A stretch of 32,000 bases of DNA from Mycobacterium leprae TN (GTDB lineage: Bacteria; Actinomycetota; Actinomycetes; Mycobacteriales; Mycobacteriaceae), in contig NC_002677.1 of assembly GCF_000195855.1 (NCBI RefSeq), positions 1,260,001 through 1,292,000 on the forward strand, read 5' to 3'. Made by a program: the position numbers and the translations under genes. Shown piece after piece: positions 21,200 to 31,562 of the stretch. The notes under the pieces were generated by a model. That model was not told the DNA's origin and did no database searches. It worked only from the letters and a program-made list of their open reading frames with translations. Position 1 is the stretch's first letter. Every line of letters starts with the position of its first letter.

Positions 21200-22213
21200 G
21201 CGACCACTTCCTGCAGGCCGATGGCGATCGCCTCGATTGTCCGATTAAGGTACTGCACGGGTGGTGCCGAAGTTCAGCCGCGTGAATTCGGTGCCTGCCG
21301 TGGTGTCGAATGGATTAGCGTTCGCAACGCCAATGCTCGGCAGGTTGAGGCCGCAAGAAGTCCACCAGGATAGGTAGGTGCCCTACGGGGTGTTAATTTC
21401 ACTCCGGAGACCAACTCCGGCAGTGTCCGCACTAGGTGGTCGCAATTCGCTCGCAGGTAATTGCTCAGCTCGTCTAGCCACGGCACTCAAGGTTGGTAGG
21501 CCGCGATGCCAGCATGGATGCCAACGGTGGATGTGCCCATTTTGTGCAGCGTGTTGATCCAGTTCCATTTTGGGGTGTCTTGACTGTTGGACAGGATTAC
21601 CTGAGCGCATATCAGGCCGGGAAAGTTCTGCCTTTGGCAGGTCGATACCAGCGTGACCATCGTTTCGGCGGCTGTGTAGGACATCGGGGTGGCGGCGTCC
21701 ATAAATTAGCGCTTCCCCCGCACGAATGCGGCCTCAAGAGTGTTTGGGTCAAGAACGTAGCGTCCTGAATCTCGCTGCACTGTTGGGATTTCCGCTCGCT
21801 GGTGGCCAGTGAGTTGCAGGACGCTGAGGAGCGGCATGTAGGCAAGCACAGGCAACGTGACCGTACTTTCTGGGCAAGTGAGTGAAGTTGAAACGACTTC
21901 CATTCCCTTAAGGACATCGGTCACCGACACGGATCCAGTCGGGTTGGACGTGTCAGCCGTAACGTTGCCGGCACCAGCCGGCGGTCGTCCTCGTCACGGT
22001 GTCTTAGCTGAACAGTGGGTAACTGAACCCCTCGTTCTCAACACAAGCTAGTGCCCCTTCGAGCATCGCCGGTGCCGTGAGATAGTCCATCTCCACCACC
22101 CATAGCGGCAACACATCGGGACCGAAGCTGCTTCTCGGTCGACAGATTAAAGATGTTGTCGTACAGGTCAGTAGTCTGTATCTACTTGGCTTTTGCTGTC
22201 GCGTACCAGCCAC
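21200..22213 (-). pseudogene. PLP-dependent class I/II aminotransferase (PatB/MalY cystathionine beta-lyase-like), degraded
   Basis: Minus-strand fragments in order: SRSSFGPDVLPLWVVEMDYLTAPAMLEGALACVENEGFSYP; VLKGMEVVSTSLTCPE; PNTLEAAFVRGKR; TMVTLVSTCQRQNFPGLICAQVILSN; INTLHKMGTSTVGIHAGIAAY; WLDELSNYLRANCDHLVRTLPELVSGVKLTP; in the last part the other frame carries the PEGTYLSWWT..GL / EFTRLNFGTTRAV-like C-terminus. Confidence 0.85.
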
Positions 22214-22279
22214 CCAACGTGGCTGCTCCTGTTATCCACGCTGGATATGCACCACGTCGCCACGCTAGACATTCGTGGG

Positions 22280-23460
22280 TCGCTTAAGCCAGCCCGATAT
22301 GCTGCCGCTGCTCGGCGTGCCGGTCGCGGTCAAAGTCGGTGTTGACGTCGCCGGCGAGGTAACGACGTACGGCAGCGGCGGTCACCATTCGGAGGTGATC
22401 TTCGACGTAGAAGTGGTCCGTCGGCTGCGCGCGGTGGGTGCGGTCATTATCGGCAAAACCGCTGTGCCTGAGTTGATGATGCTGTACGCCGAATCGCTGA
22501 TCTCCGGGGCCAATCCGAAGCCCGTGGGATCCTGTGCGCACGGTGAGCGGCCACAGCGGCGGTAGTGCCGCCGCTGTGGCCGCCGGGTTGGTTCCGCTGG
22601 TAACTGGGTACGAAGGCAGTGGGTTGATTCGTATCCTGTTAATCTTGTGTGGCGTGTTCGGCCTGAAACTGCAACGCGATCGGCTTTCATTAGAGCAGCA
22701 CGACCAGGCGTGGTATGGACTCAGCGTCGATGGTCCGATTACGCGGTTGGTGATGGACGCAACGTTGTTCCTTGACGCGCCGACAACGGTACCTGGTACC
22801 GAAGTCGAGTTCATGCCTACTGCAGCGTGCACTATCGATAAGCTACGAATTGCCTTATATAACCAAGGTTCTGACGCTGCCCGTTAGGGTTGGGCTGGAA
22901 GAACTAGGCAGTGATCGGCCAGGTCGGTGCATTGTTTCGCGAGCTGAGACACGACGTTGACATACGCGCCTACAAATATCCGCGGCCCGCGTGCTATGCG
23001 AACTATTTGCCTCGGTGCCTGCTTGCGTGGCATTAGCGATGACGCGGATGCGCAGGCTCACCCCCGACCAGGCTCGAAGCACGCATCTGGGTGCTGGCTA
23101 GCTTTGGATTATTTTTCTCAGACTGGCGAATAGCAGCCATTCGCGCTGGAGAAGCGGTGCTGAGGCGCCGGATCCAGTCGCTCTTCGACGACGTCGATGT
23201 CGTCGTCATCCCTGTGGCATTGATTGCCGACGTACCATCCCGTGTCGGCTCCTACCAGCGCCGTGGCTCACGGCCCATACTTGCTATTATTAGCGTAACA
23301 AATTCCATGCTACCCGATCTGGAATTTGACCGGTCAACCTGCCACGGCCATCCCTTGAGATTTGGATGGTGAAGGTCTACCGATGTCAGTGCAGTTCTTC
23401 GGGCGTCCGTACGTTGAAGCGACGCTGTTGTCTGTCGTTGTCCGCCCAGGTCAAGGCCGC
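22280..23460 (+). pseudogene. amiB2: Amidase (AmiB2-like, Rv1263), degraded
   Basis: LSQPDMLPLLGVPVAVKVGVDVAGEVTTYGSGG; DVEVVRRLRAVGAVIIGKTAVPELMM; GSSGGSAAAVAAGLVPL (Ser-rich amidase signature region); FGLKLQRDRLSLEQHDQAWYGLSVDGPITRLVMDATLFLDAPTTVPG; ASFGLFFSDWRIAAIRAGEAVLRRRIQSLFDDVDVVVIP; DGEGLPMSVQFFGRPYVEATLL. Several frames; about 60 N-terminal residues missing. Confidence 0.95.
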
Positions 23461-23562
23461 ATGACCGTGGGCCCACTGGCGACCTACGGTGTAATTAAGA
23501 GGCGCGAATTTGTTAGCGTCGATCCGTTGTCCCCGGCTGCATGGTGCTCACGATCAATACGA

Positions 23563-24052
23563 TTACTCGTCAGGTGGCCGGTTGGTCTCTGGCGGCATGA
23601 CGTGAGCCGTGTTGGTTGATGGCAGCCGCTGGTACTGGATCTGCCAGCCTGGCTAGATGGTGGTCCGCAAGTCTGTAGTACAGTTTGGCAGCCTTGGCGC
23701 TGTTGAAGTATACGAACGTGGTGGTGGAATAGTCGGTAAACAGTTCGGAAAAATTGTTGATCGCCAATCTTTTCGGTTCAATCGCGGAGTCCGTGTTGCC
23801 GACGCAATGACAGCTGTACAGTACAACCCAAAGAGCGACGCCGTAGGCTAACGAGGCCGCCAGTCGATCGTCATATTGCGCGTTTAATTCGAAGCCGAAA
23901 AATTCATTGGTAATTGACCAGAACGCATTTTCCGGATTGGCATAGTATTGCTGTTTCGCTAGTGAGTGAGCGCTCGGGCATGCGCCTAGGATCAATACTC
24001 TGGAGCCGGCGCCGATGACTGGCGGGCATCTCTGCATCAATAGTAAGGTCAT
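23563..24052 (-). pseudogene. DNA-deoxyinosine (hypoxanthine-DNA) glycosylase-like protein, UDG superfamily, 3'-end frameshift
   Basis: PPVIGAGSRVLILGACPSAHSLAKQQYYANPENAFWSITNEFFGFELNAQYDDRLAASLAYGVALWVVLYSCHCVGNTDSAIEPKRLAINNFSELF..TTTFVYFNSAKAAKLYYRL. The expected C-terminal motif (YQRLPSTNTAHVMPPETNRPPDE*) is in a different frame from the main ORF, ending at 23563. Confidence 0.72.
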
Positions 24053-24105
24053 GTGATGTCAAAGAGAGTTGGTGTGGAAGCCAACTGGGCAGATCATATC
24101 GATTT

Positions 24106-24129
24106 CTTGCCCCCAAACTTGGGGGCAAG
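24106..24129. repeat. Perfect hairpin, 11-bp stem with 2-nt centre
   Basis: cttgcccccaa-ac-ttgggggcaag. Confidence 0.9.
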
Positions 24130-24344
24130 GCAGAAACCCGCTCTAGCGCCAATCAATTCCACTACTGGCACGGAGTATCCATGAGAATACCGACTGCTTG
24201 CTTGCCTTTAACACCGCTGTATGTTTAAGGGTTGTAGCCCCATAACATGTCGAAAGAACCGTCGCATGCTGTCCACAAGGCTTCGTCGCCGAGTTTTCAC
24301 AACGGTCCCGCCGTGACAGCCGGGCCGGTAGGACGCATAGCGAT

Positions 24345-25335
24345 TTGCGCTGATCATGTATTTGACGAGTGCCGGTTACATGGCGGACCCGCCATCATCC
24401 TGGTTCAGTATTATTAAATCTCGGTAGTCGATTTTGCCGGCCTGGTCTGCCCGTCGGATATACCTCTAGTCGATCTCGGTGAGTTGACTTTGTTACCGGG
24501 TCTAGTGGATGCGAATGCGTATCTGTGCTTGGACCCCCACCGGTCCACCTTCAAGTTTTGGCTAGCGACCCAGCTGAAGTGCTGCTGTGGGCGGGCACGA
24601 TGGCATGCTGAGGTCGTGTTAACTGCAGGCATTACTACAATTCGCGATCTGGGAGACCGCGACTTTGTTGTTGCGGGGTGAATGCCGGAAGGAAGTCATG
24701 GTGGGGCCGGAACTGGTGGTTGCTGTGTTATCATTGAGATTGACTCGCACCGGCGGTAATTGCTGGTACCTCGGTGGTGAGGCTGCTAGCGCGAGGTGCA
24801 TCATTAGATGCGGTGCAGGAGTGGACCGCATGGGGGAGTGGATCAAGGTAATGGCCACCGGCGGATTCACCTAGCTCGGCACCCCTCCTTGGCGGCTGCG
24901 GTATGATCGTGAGTAATTGGCCGCGATGGTTGAGGTAGGCTCATCGGGTCGGATTACCGGTGACTTTACACGCCACCGCTGGGATCGCCGAAGCGTTCGC
25001 CGCGGGTGTGGATAGGATCGAGCACTGCAACGTTTTTTAGCGAAAATGATGTCGTCGCTAGCCTGGACGTCATTGCAGCCATCATCACCCAGGAGGTGTG
25101 GTGTGACGCTTGCTGGTGTGCACCCGGGGTATAGCAGAAAACATCGTGTCAATCGGGCGGTTACCTGCTGAAACACCGGCCAGCTCATGGATTCCTGTGC
25201 GCATGTAGCCTTGTCTACCGATGCTGGTGTCAGTCCTGAAAAACCCCATAACATGTTGCCTCAAAATCTGGCGGATCTGTCCCGACCTGGCAGAGGTGCT
25301 GACTTGAGTTATGGCCGCTGCTAGATGTGGGCTGG
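24345..25335 (+). pseudogene. Imidazolonepropionase-like amidohydrolase, degraded
   Basis: LTLLPGLVDANAYLCLDPH; AEVVLTAGITTIRDLGDRDFVV; GNCWYLGGEA / VDRMGEWIKVMATGGFT / PPWR; LSTDAGVSPEKPHNMLPQNLADLSR. Ordered family motifs with frame changes and stops. Boundaries approximate. Confidence 0.8.
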
Positions 25336-25556
25336 GCCACCGTAAAGGTCGTAGCGCACCGGGTTATGACGTTGATCTGTTGGCGGTTGCCTACGGTGTA
25401 GGCGACTACGACCTACGCTGGGCTGTACGACGTCAAAGCCACCTGGCACAGTGGAACCCAGGTGCCGTTGCACCCATTGGATGGTAGTTACAGCACACCA
25501 GCTCGTCGCGCTGATCAAGTCGTACGATTGTGCGTTGTCGTTATACGTTGACAGGG

Positions 25557-26690
25557 GTGGACGACACGGTTGCTCAGAACATCGAGGATCTGCTCGTCGG
25601 TTTGGCAAGCGCCGGGCCGAGTCAACCGAGTGTATATTACTGTCAGCGCGATCAGGCCGACAAGCCCGCCGCTACTAATAGCTACCCGGCCACCTTGTTG
25701 GGGATGACGGCACCTACGTTTCGGCGCGCGAGATCAGCGAGCGGCACAATAGTTGACTTGGTGTTGCTATAGCGTGTGCAGCGCGCCATCAGACTCGTCA
25801 GCATGAATGATCTCGATGCAGCCGTGCACATGTGCGCAGACGGTGAGGTGGCCGCACATGGACAGCGGTTCATTGAGCTTGGGCTGGATCCCGATCACGT
25901 TGTGCTCAACGTGCGGATCTTCCTGAGGGGCCTGTCACATGCTGCCGAAGTGATGCGTTACAATGCCTTGGCTGCGATCATGTACTCAGAAATCACGAAG
26001 CTAGAGATTGCCACAAGGTTGCGAGAGCTGTTTAGCTGGGTCGTGCCGATGCTCGGCCCGATGGTTCAGGACATACATGTTCATGCAGTTGTGGAACATG
26101 ATGAAGACTGAAGCGGTCAGTGCGGGGAGCGAGTTGCTGTAACCCCACTGCCGTATGCGCGTCGGGTGACTGTCGCTTGCTGCCGATCTCGTTGGTTTTA
26201 CCCGACTGTATGAGGTGGTTACAGGAGAGGAGCTGGGGAAACTCACCGGTAGACGGGGTGAGCTCGCGCGTAATCTGACAGTCCTGCCGGTGCGCTACAT
26301 CAAAACGATTGGCGACGCAGTGATGTTCGTCTACCCCGATCTGGTGCCGTGACTGGATGTGGTGCTGAAGCTATCAGCACCGACAACTACTTGCCTCGAT
26401 TGTGCGCGGGAGTGGCCTCCGGGGTGGTGGTGAGCAGGGCCGACGATTGGTTTGGTAGTCCGGTAAAATATGACGAACTGGGTCACTGGGGTGGAATGGC
26501 TGGGTATCGTGCTGGTTGCAGAGCCGCGACATTTCACTGTTCATACGCCGGTCTAAGTCTCCTCATGGGCATCAAGAGTGAGGTCACACTCTTTCGAGTC
26601 CGGCGAGGGCGATGGATTCGACAAGTCGGACCTGCCTCAGATCCGTTCCCAGCGCCTCCTAAAACGCCCTACACGTCGCTGACTTGCTTA
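25557..26690 (+). pseudogene. pH-regulated class III adenylyl cyclase (Rv1264-like), degraded
   Basis: VDDTVAQNIEDLLVGLASAG; [89 protein letters not shown]; [22 protein letters not shown]; [20 protein letters not shown]; GPTIGLVV/ADDWFGSPV; LFRVRRGR. Multiple frameshifts. Confidence 0.93.
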
Positions 26691-27254
26691 GCTTGGCGTG
26701 ACCAAAAGATTGCTGTGGCGAACGACTAGCTGGTTGATTCGGCGTACAAGTAGGCCAGGCCCGGAGCGCCTCTGGGGACGTCTGACTGCCATCCTGCATT
26801 AGTCCTATACGGCCGGTTCTCTCCCGTTTTTCGGCACTTTGGATGGGTTGCTTCTAAGTCTGCTTTGCTACCAAAGAATGCAACATCACGCCCCTGATAG
26901 CAACGCTTTTATGTATGCACTGAGCGCACTCGTTCGTGCTGACTGCCGAACAACCGGGCTACTCATTGGTGTGGTGGCCGGTGCGCTGGTCGAGCTGTGG
27001 GTTATTCTGCTGCTGCGACTGGTTTCGGGCGGCAGTTTCACCGGTGCCGAGACATTGGCGCTGGCAACGGTTTTATGTTCGCCGTCGGTGACCGCAACGT
27101 TGCTACGGATATAACACGTAATGATGTAATTATGAAGCAATATCGCACGCATGGGCGCCGATATGGTTGCCCTGGGGCTAGCAGCAGGCTACGCAACCCG
27201 ATGCCAGCAGCGTGGTGGAATGGTTCGCTGGCCGCCTTCCCGATGACTAGTTAG

Positions 27255-27430
27255 ACGGCGATCCCATGGTCATCGTCGACCGCGAAGAGATCACGGTCAT
27301 CGGCAAGTGCCCTGAACCCGAGAGCCCAGGCAAGGAAGAAAGCGAGGTCCGCATGGAAGGTCGGGTCTCGTGATTCTGAGGAGAGACCTGGTCAGAACGG
27401 ATGAGGATCACCGATGAAGCTCAGGAGCGA
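27255..27430 (+). pseudogene. Remnant of a conserved actinobacterial hypothetical protein
   Basis: One frame: GDPMVIVDREEITVIGKCPEPESPGKEESEVRMEGRVS*F*GETWSERMRITDEAQERR. Resembles the VADREEITVIGRLPEPE...RIxRFREETRExRMRIAxEAE block of a conserved actinobacterial hypothetical family; two in-frame stops. Extent unclear. Confidence 0.5.
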
Positions 27431-27736
27431 CGCCTATACCCACTGCGCGGGAAGGAGATGGTTCATCCGCAAACTAGCTCACTCCTAACTGCGTTGAGAG
27501 AGTATGCTGAGACAGCAGGACAATATTTTCGGGCAATACGCTCCGTGGATCGCAGAGTTTGACGTCGAATACGAGGGCTACTGGGCGAAGGAAGGACGTC
27601 GCGGTGAGGTTAGCTTATTACCTGATGGTCTCTAAGGCGTTGAATTCGATGATTCAGTGAAATTCGTTGACGTCGGTCGTCACCGCATCCGTGTTGGTCT
27701 CGTAGGCCACCTCGGTTTAGCTGGCTAAGGTCGCAC

Positions 27737-29626
27737 TTAAGCTTGGGTCATCCGGTAATACGCCCCTCGCCGGGCCAGCAGCTTGGCGTGGCTGCCTTGC
27801 TCAACGATCTTGCCAGCCGCTACCACCAGGATGTGATCCGCATCGCGGATAGTTGGAAGATGGTGTGCGATAATAAAACTTGTTCGATCCTGGAGAAGAT
27901 CGTGGGTGGCGCGCGCAATCAGGGCCTCGGTGCGGGTATCGATTGAGCTGGTTGCTTCGTCCAGGATCAATAGCTGTGGCCGGGCCAGGAATGCGCGTGC
28001 GATGGTGATGAGTTGCTTCTCGCCGGCGCTGATGTTGTCACCGTCTCCGCTAACCCGGGTCTGGTAGCCGGCCGACAGGGTGTGTACAAACCGGTCTACA
28101 TAGGCTGCCTTGGCGGCTTCCATCACCTCGTCTTCGCTGGCCTGCGGTCGTCCGTAGGCAATGTTTTCAGCGATCGTCCCGTCGAACAGCCAGGCGTCTT
28201 GCAGCACCATGCCGATTCGTGATCGCAGCGCATGTCTGCTCACCGTAGTGATATCGACCCCGTCGATCAGGATTTGGCCAGAATCCACATCGTAGAACCG
28301 CATGAGCAGGTTCACTAAGGTGGTTTTACCCGCTCCGGTCGGTCCGACGATCGCTACCGTGCTGCCCGGTTCGACCACCATTGATAGGTCGTCGATCACC
28401 GGGGTGCCCGTGCGATACGCGAAGCTCACCTGCTGAAACTCCACGCGCCCGTTAATGCGTGGCACCTGACCATGGGGTGGCGGCAAAGCTAGCATAGGGT
28501 CTGGCAGTTCCTCGGGCTCGTCTAGCAGGTCGAAAACCCTCTCAGCACTGGCCAACCCGGATTGCAGGGTATTATATATCCCCGCCACCTGGCTCAGCGG
28601 CATATTGAACTGCCGGACATATTGAATGAAGGCCTGGATATTGCCAAGCGTGATGTGTCCAGTGGCTACCTGTAGGCCTCCCAGCGCAGCGACCACAACG
28701 TATCCCAAGTTGCTAATGAACATCGTAGCCGGTGACACCAGACCGGAGAAGAACTGGGCGCTGAAACTAGCCTGGTAGACGTCATTGTTGACGTTGCGGA
28801 ACTGTTCTCGCGCTGCGGTCTGGTGGCCGAACGTCTTGACCACTGTTAACCCGCTGTAGGTCTCTTCGATATGGGCGTTGAGACGTCCGGCGCTCGTCCA
28901 CTGAGCCACGAACAGCTGCTGCGAACGTTGCGCTATCGCTCGTGTGGCTAGTAGCGACATAGGCACTGTCAGCAACGCAACTAGCGCCAGCAACGGCGAG
29001 ACCGACACCATCACTACCAGCACCGCCACCACTGTCAAAAGCGACGTCAACAGCTGGCTGAGTGTTATCGACAGTGATGATTGAAGATTGTCGATATCGT
29101 TGGTGACCCGGCTCAGTAGTTCACCGCGCTGCCGTGTGTCGCAGTAGGACAGCGGCAGCCGGTGCACTTTGTCTTCGACGTCGGACCGTAGCGCGAACAT
29201 GATGCGCTGCACGGTGACGTTGAGTAACCGGGCTTGTGCCCAAGTCAGCAGTGTGTAAACCAAATACAGAGACAGCGCCAGTCCCAGAGTTCTGCCCACC
29301 GCAACGAAGTCCACACCTTGGCCTGGGACCAGGTTCATCCCCGACAGTAAGTCGGCTAAGGCATTGTCACCACGGGTCCGGGCTGCAGCGACAGCCTGCG
29401 TTTTGCTGATTCCCTTAGGTAGCTGTCGCCCGATGACGCCGTTGAAGAGTAGGTCGGTGGTGTGACCGAGGACCCACGGAACGATGATCCCGATCGCTGT
29501 GCCGGTGATGCCGAGTGTTATCACCGTGAGGCTTAACCGACGTTGTGGCACTAGCTGTTTCAGCAAACGCCGAATTGTACAATAGAAGTCGCAGGACCGA
29601 GTGGCCGGGGCAGTGGCCATGGTCAC
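27737..29626 (-). CDS. ABC exporter, TMD-NBD half-transporter (Rv1272c-like)
   Basis: 629-aa ORF: TMD, Walker [16 protein letters not shown], atypical signature NISAGEKQL, Walker [15 protein letters not shown]-loop [10 protein letters not shown]. Confidence 0.95.
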   Translation of the reverse strand: MTMATAPATRSCDFYCTIRRLLKQLVPQRRLSLTVITLGITGTAIGIIVPWVLGHTTDLLFNGVIGRQLPKGISKTQAVAAARTRGDNALADLLSGMNLVPGQGVDFVAVGRTLGLALSLYLVYTLLTWAQARLLNVTVQRIMFALRSDVEDKVHRLPLSYCDTRQRGELLSRVTNDIDNLQSSLSITLSQLLTSLLTVVAVLVVMVSVSPLLALVALLTVPMSLLATRAIAQRSQQLFVAQWTSAGRLNAHIEETYSGLTVVKTFGHQTAAREQFRNVNNDVYQASFSAQFFSGLVSPATMFISNLGYVVVAALGGLQVATGHITLGNIQAFIQYVRQFNMPLSQVAGIYNTLQSGLASAERVFDLLDEPEELPDPMLALPPPHGQVPRINGRVEFQQVSFAYRTGTPVIDDLSMVVEPGSTVAIVGPTGAGKTTLVNLLMRFYDVDSGQILIDGVDITTVSRHALRSRIGMVLQDAWLFDGTIAENIAYGRPQASEDEVMEAAKAAYVDRFVHTLSAGYQTRVSGDGDNISAGEKQLITIARAFLARPQLLILDEATSSIDTRTEALIARATHDLLQDRTSFIIAHHLPTIRDADHILVVAAGKIVEQGSHAKLLARRGAYYRMTQA

Positions 29627-31416
29627 TGCGAATCTCTGACGCCGCCACCGAACGACTGCGAGTAGGCAAACTCCGCATAGATAGTGCAGTCAGCCAACAG
29701 CGACTCATGGGTGCCCGAACCCGCCAGTTTCCCGTCGTCGACAACGATCACTTGGTCAGCCTGTGCCGCAGTAGAAATTCGCTGTGTAACAACGATAATT
29801 GTGACGTCACGGAACATCTCGCGCAGCGATTTGCTGACCCGTGAGTCGGTGTGTACGTCGAGTGCGGAGAACGCGTCGTCGAACAGATAGATAGTCGGAT
29901 GACGAATGATGGCCCGCGCAATTGCCAACCGTTGCCGTTGCCCACCAGAGAAGTTGATTCCGCCTTGGGCGACCCGCATGTGTAGCCCGTCGTTGTGTGC
30001 CCGGATGAATTCTTCGGCGTCGGCCATGTGCAGTGCTTCCCACATTTGGTCGTCAGTGATCACCTGCCCGGGGGTCGCGCCGTAGCGTAGGTTGTCGGCG
30101 ACGGTGCCGGAGAACAGGTAGCAACGTTGCGGTACCAGCCCGATTACCGACCAGAGCCGTTCGGCGTTGTAGTTACGGACATCAACCTCGTCGACCAGGA
30201 CCGCGCCGGCGGTCACGTCATACAGCCGGCAGATTAGCGCCACCAGCGTCGACTTGCCCGAACCGGTGCTACCGACCACTGCTGTCGTGGTACCCGGCAG
30301 CGCAGTAAACGAGATATCTTGTAGCGCTGGATGATTGGTTCCAGGATAGGTGAACGTAACGCCGTCCAGGCGCACCACGCCGGTAACTTTACCGCGCGGG
30401 ATGTGAGGGCATGGTGGGTTGCCAACGGCGGGGCGGGTGGACAATACTTCGGTGATTCGTTGTGCACACACCGATGCGCGGGGCAACACCACCAATGCCA
30501 TGGTCGCCATCAATACCGCCATCAGGATTTGGGTGAAGTAGGTCAGGAAGGCGGCCAGCGAACCGATTTGCATCTGGCCGCTGTCTATGCGCAGCCCGCC
30601 GAACCAGATCAACGCGACACTGGACACATTGATAGTCAGCGCGGTGGTTGGCAGCATCAGCGCTTGCCAGTTACCTGCGTTGAGAGCGGCGTTCGAGAGC
30701 GCGATATTGGCCCGCTCAAACCTGTTGCGCTCAAAGGATTCACGGGTGAAAGCCCGGATCACTCTGATGCCGGCCAACTGGTCGCGCATTACGCGATTGA
30801 TGTCGTCGATCAAACTTTGCATGCTGCGGAAGAGCGGTAGCATATGCGAAATAATCCAGTAGTTCGTTACCGCCAGGATCGGGACGCTGACCAGCAACAG
30901 CCAGGTCAGCGCAGCCTCCTGGTAAATAGCCATGACGATGCCGCCGATGCACATGATCGGTGGGGTCACCAGCACGGTGCCGGATATCTGAACCAAGTAC
31001 TGGATCTGCCGGACATCGTTAGTGGTTCGAGTCAACAATGTCGGGGCCCCGAATCGCGCGGTTTCTCGTTCGGAGAACGTGGTGATGTGATCGAACATCG
31101 CCGAGCGCAGGTCACGACCAAAACTCATTCCGGTCCGCGAGCCGAAATAGACCGCTCCGACCGAGCACAACGCCTGCAATCCGGTGACAGCCAGCATCAC
31201 TATGCCGAGCCTGACGATGATTGCGGTGTTGCCTTTGGAGACGCCGTCGTCGATGATTGCCGCGTTGATCGTCGGGAGGTACAGCGATGCCAGGGTGCTG
31301 ACCAGCTGCAGCACCATTAGCACCGCGACTAGTCGGCGGTACGGTCGGATGTACTGACGCAGCAGTGCCAGGAGCATTTGGTAACTGTCGCACATGACAC
31401 GCGTTCGAGTCGCCAC
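29623..31416 (-). CDS. ABC exporter, TMD-NBD half-transporter (Rv1273c-like)
   Basis: 597-aa ORF: Walker [16 protein letters not shown], signature [10 protein letters not shown], Walker [13 protein letters not shown], switch region VVTQRISTA. Its stop overlaps the start of the downstream half-transporter by 4 nt. Confidence 0.95.
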   Translation of the reverse strand: MATRTRVMCDSYQMLLALLRQYIRPYRRLVAVLMVLQLVSTLASLYLPTINAAIIDDGVSKGNTAIIVRLGIVMLAVTGLQALCSVGAVYFGSRTGMSFGRDLRSAMFDHITTFSERETARFGAPTLLTRTTNDVRQIQYLVQISGTVLVTPPIMCIGGIVMAIYQEAALTWLLLVSVPILAVTNYWIISHMLPLFRSMQSLIDDINRVMRDQLAGIRVIRAFTRESFERNRFERANIALSNAALNAGNWQALMLPTTALTINVSSVALIWFGGLRIDSGQMQIGSLAAFLTYFTQILMAVLMATMALVVLPRASVCAQRITEVLSTRPAVGNPPCPHIPRGKVTGVVRLDGVTFTYPGTNHPALQDISFTALPGTTTAVVGSTGSGKSTLVALICRLYDVTAGAVLVDEVDVRNYNAERLWSVIGLVPQRCYLFSGTVADNLRYGATPGQVITDDQMWEALHMADAEEFIRAHNDGLHMRVAQGGINFSGGQRQRLAIARAIIRHPTIYLFDDAFSALDVHTDSRVSKSLREMFRDVTIIVVTQRISTAAQADQVIVVDDGKLAGSGTHESLLADCTIYAEFAYSQSFGGGVRDSQ

Positions 31417-31562
31417 CGCCGCCAGATGGTTCGGTGCTGACGACGCCGTTGCGAAGGAGATGGAAATGCCTGATCAGGTGGTGTGTCGGTGGTTGACTCG
31501 CTGGGCTGACGTTACAGTGCATCCTGTGGACCAGCAGCAGGCTCAGCAAGAGGGCAGCCGCA

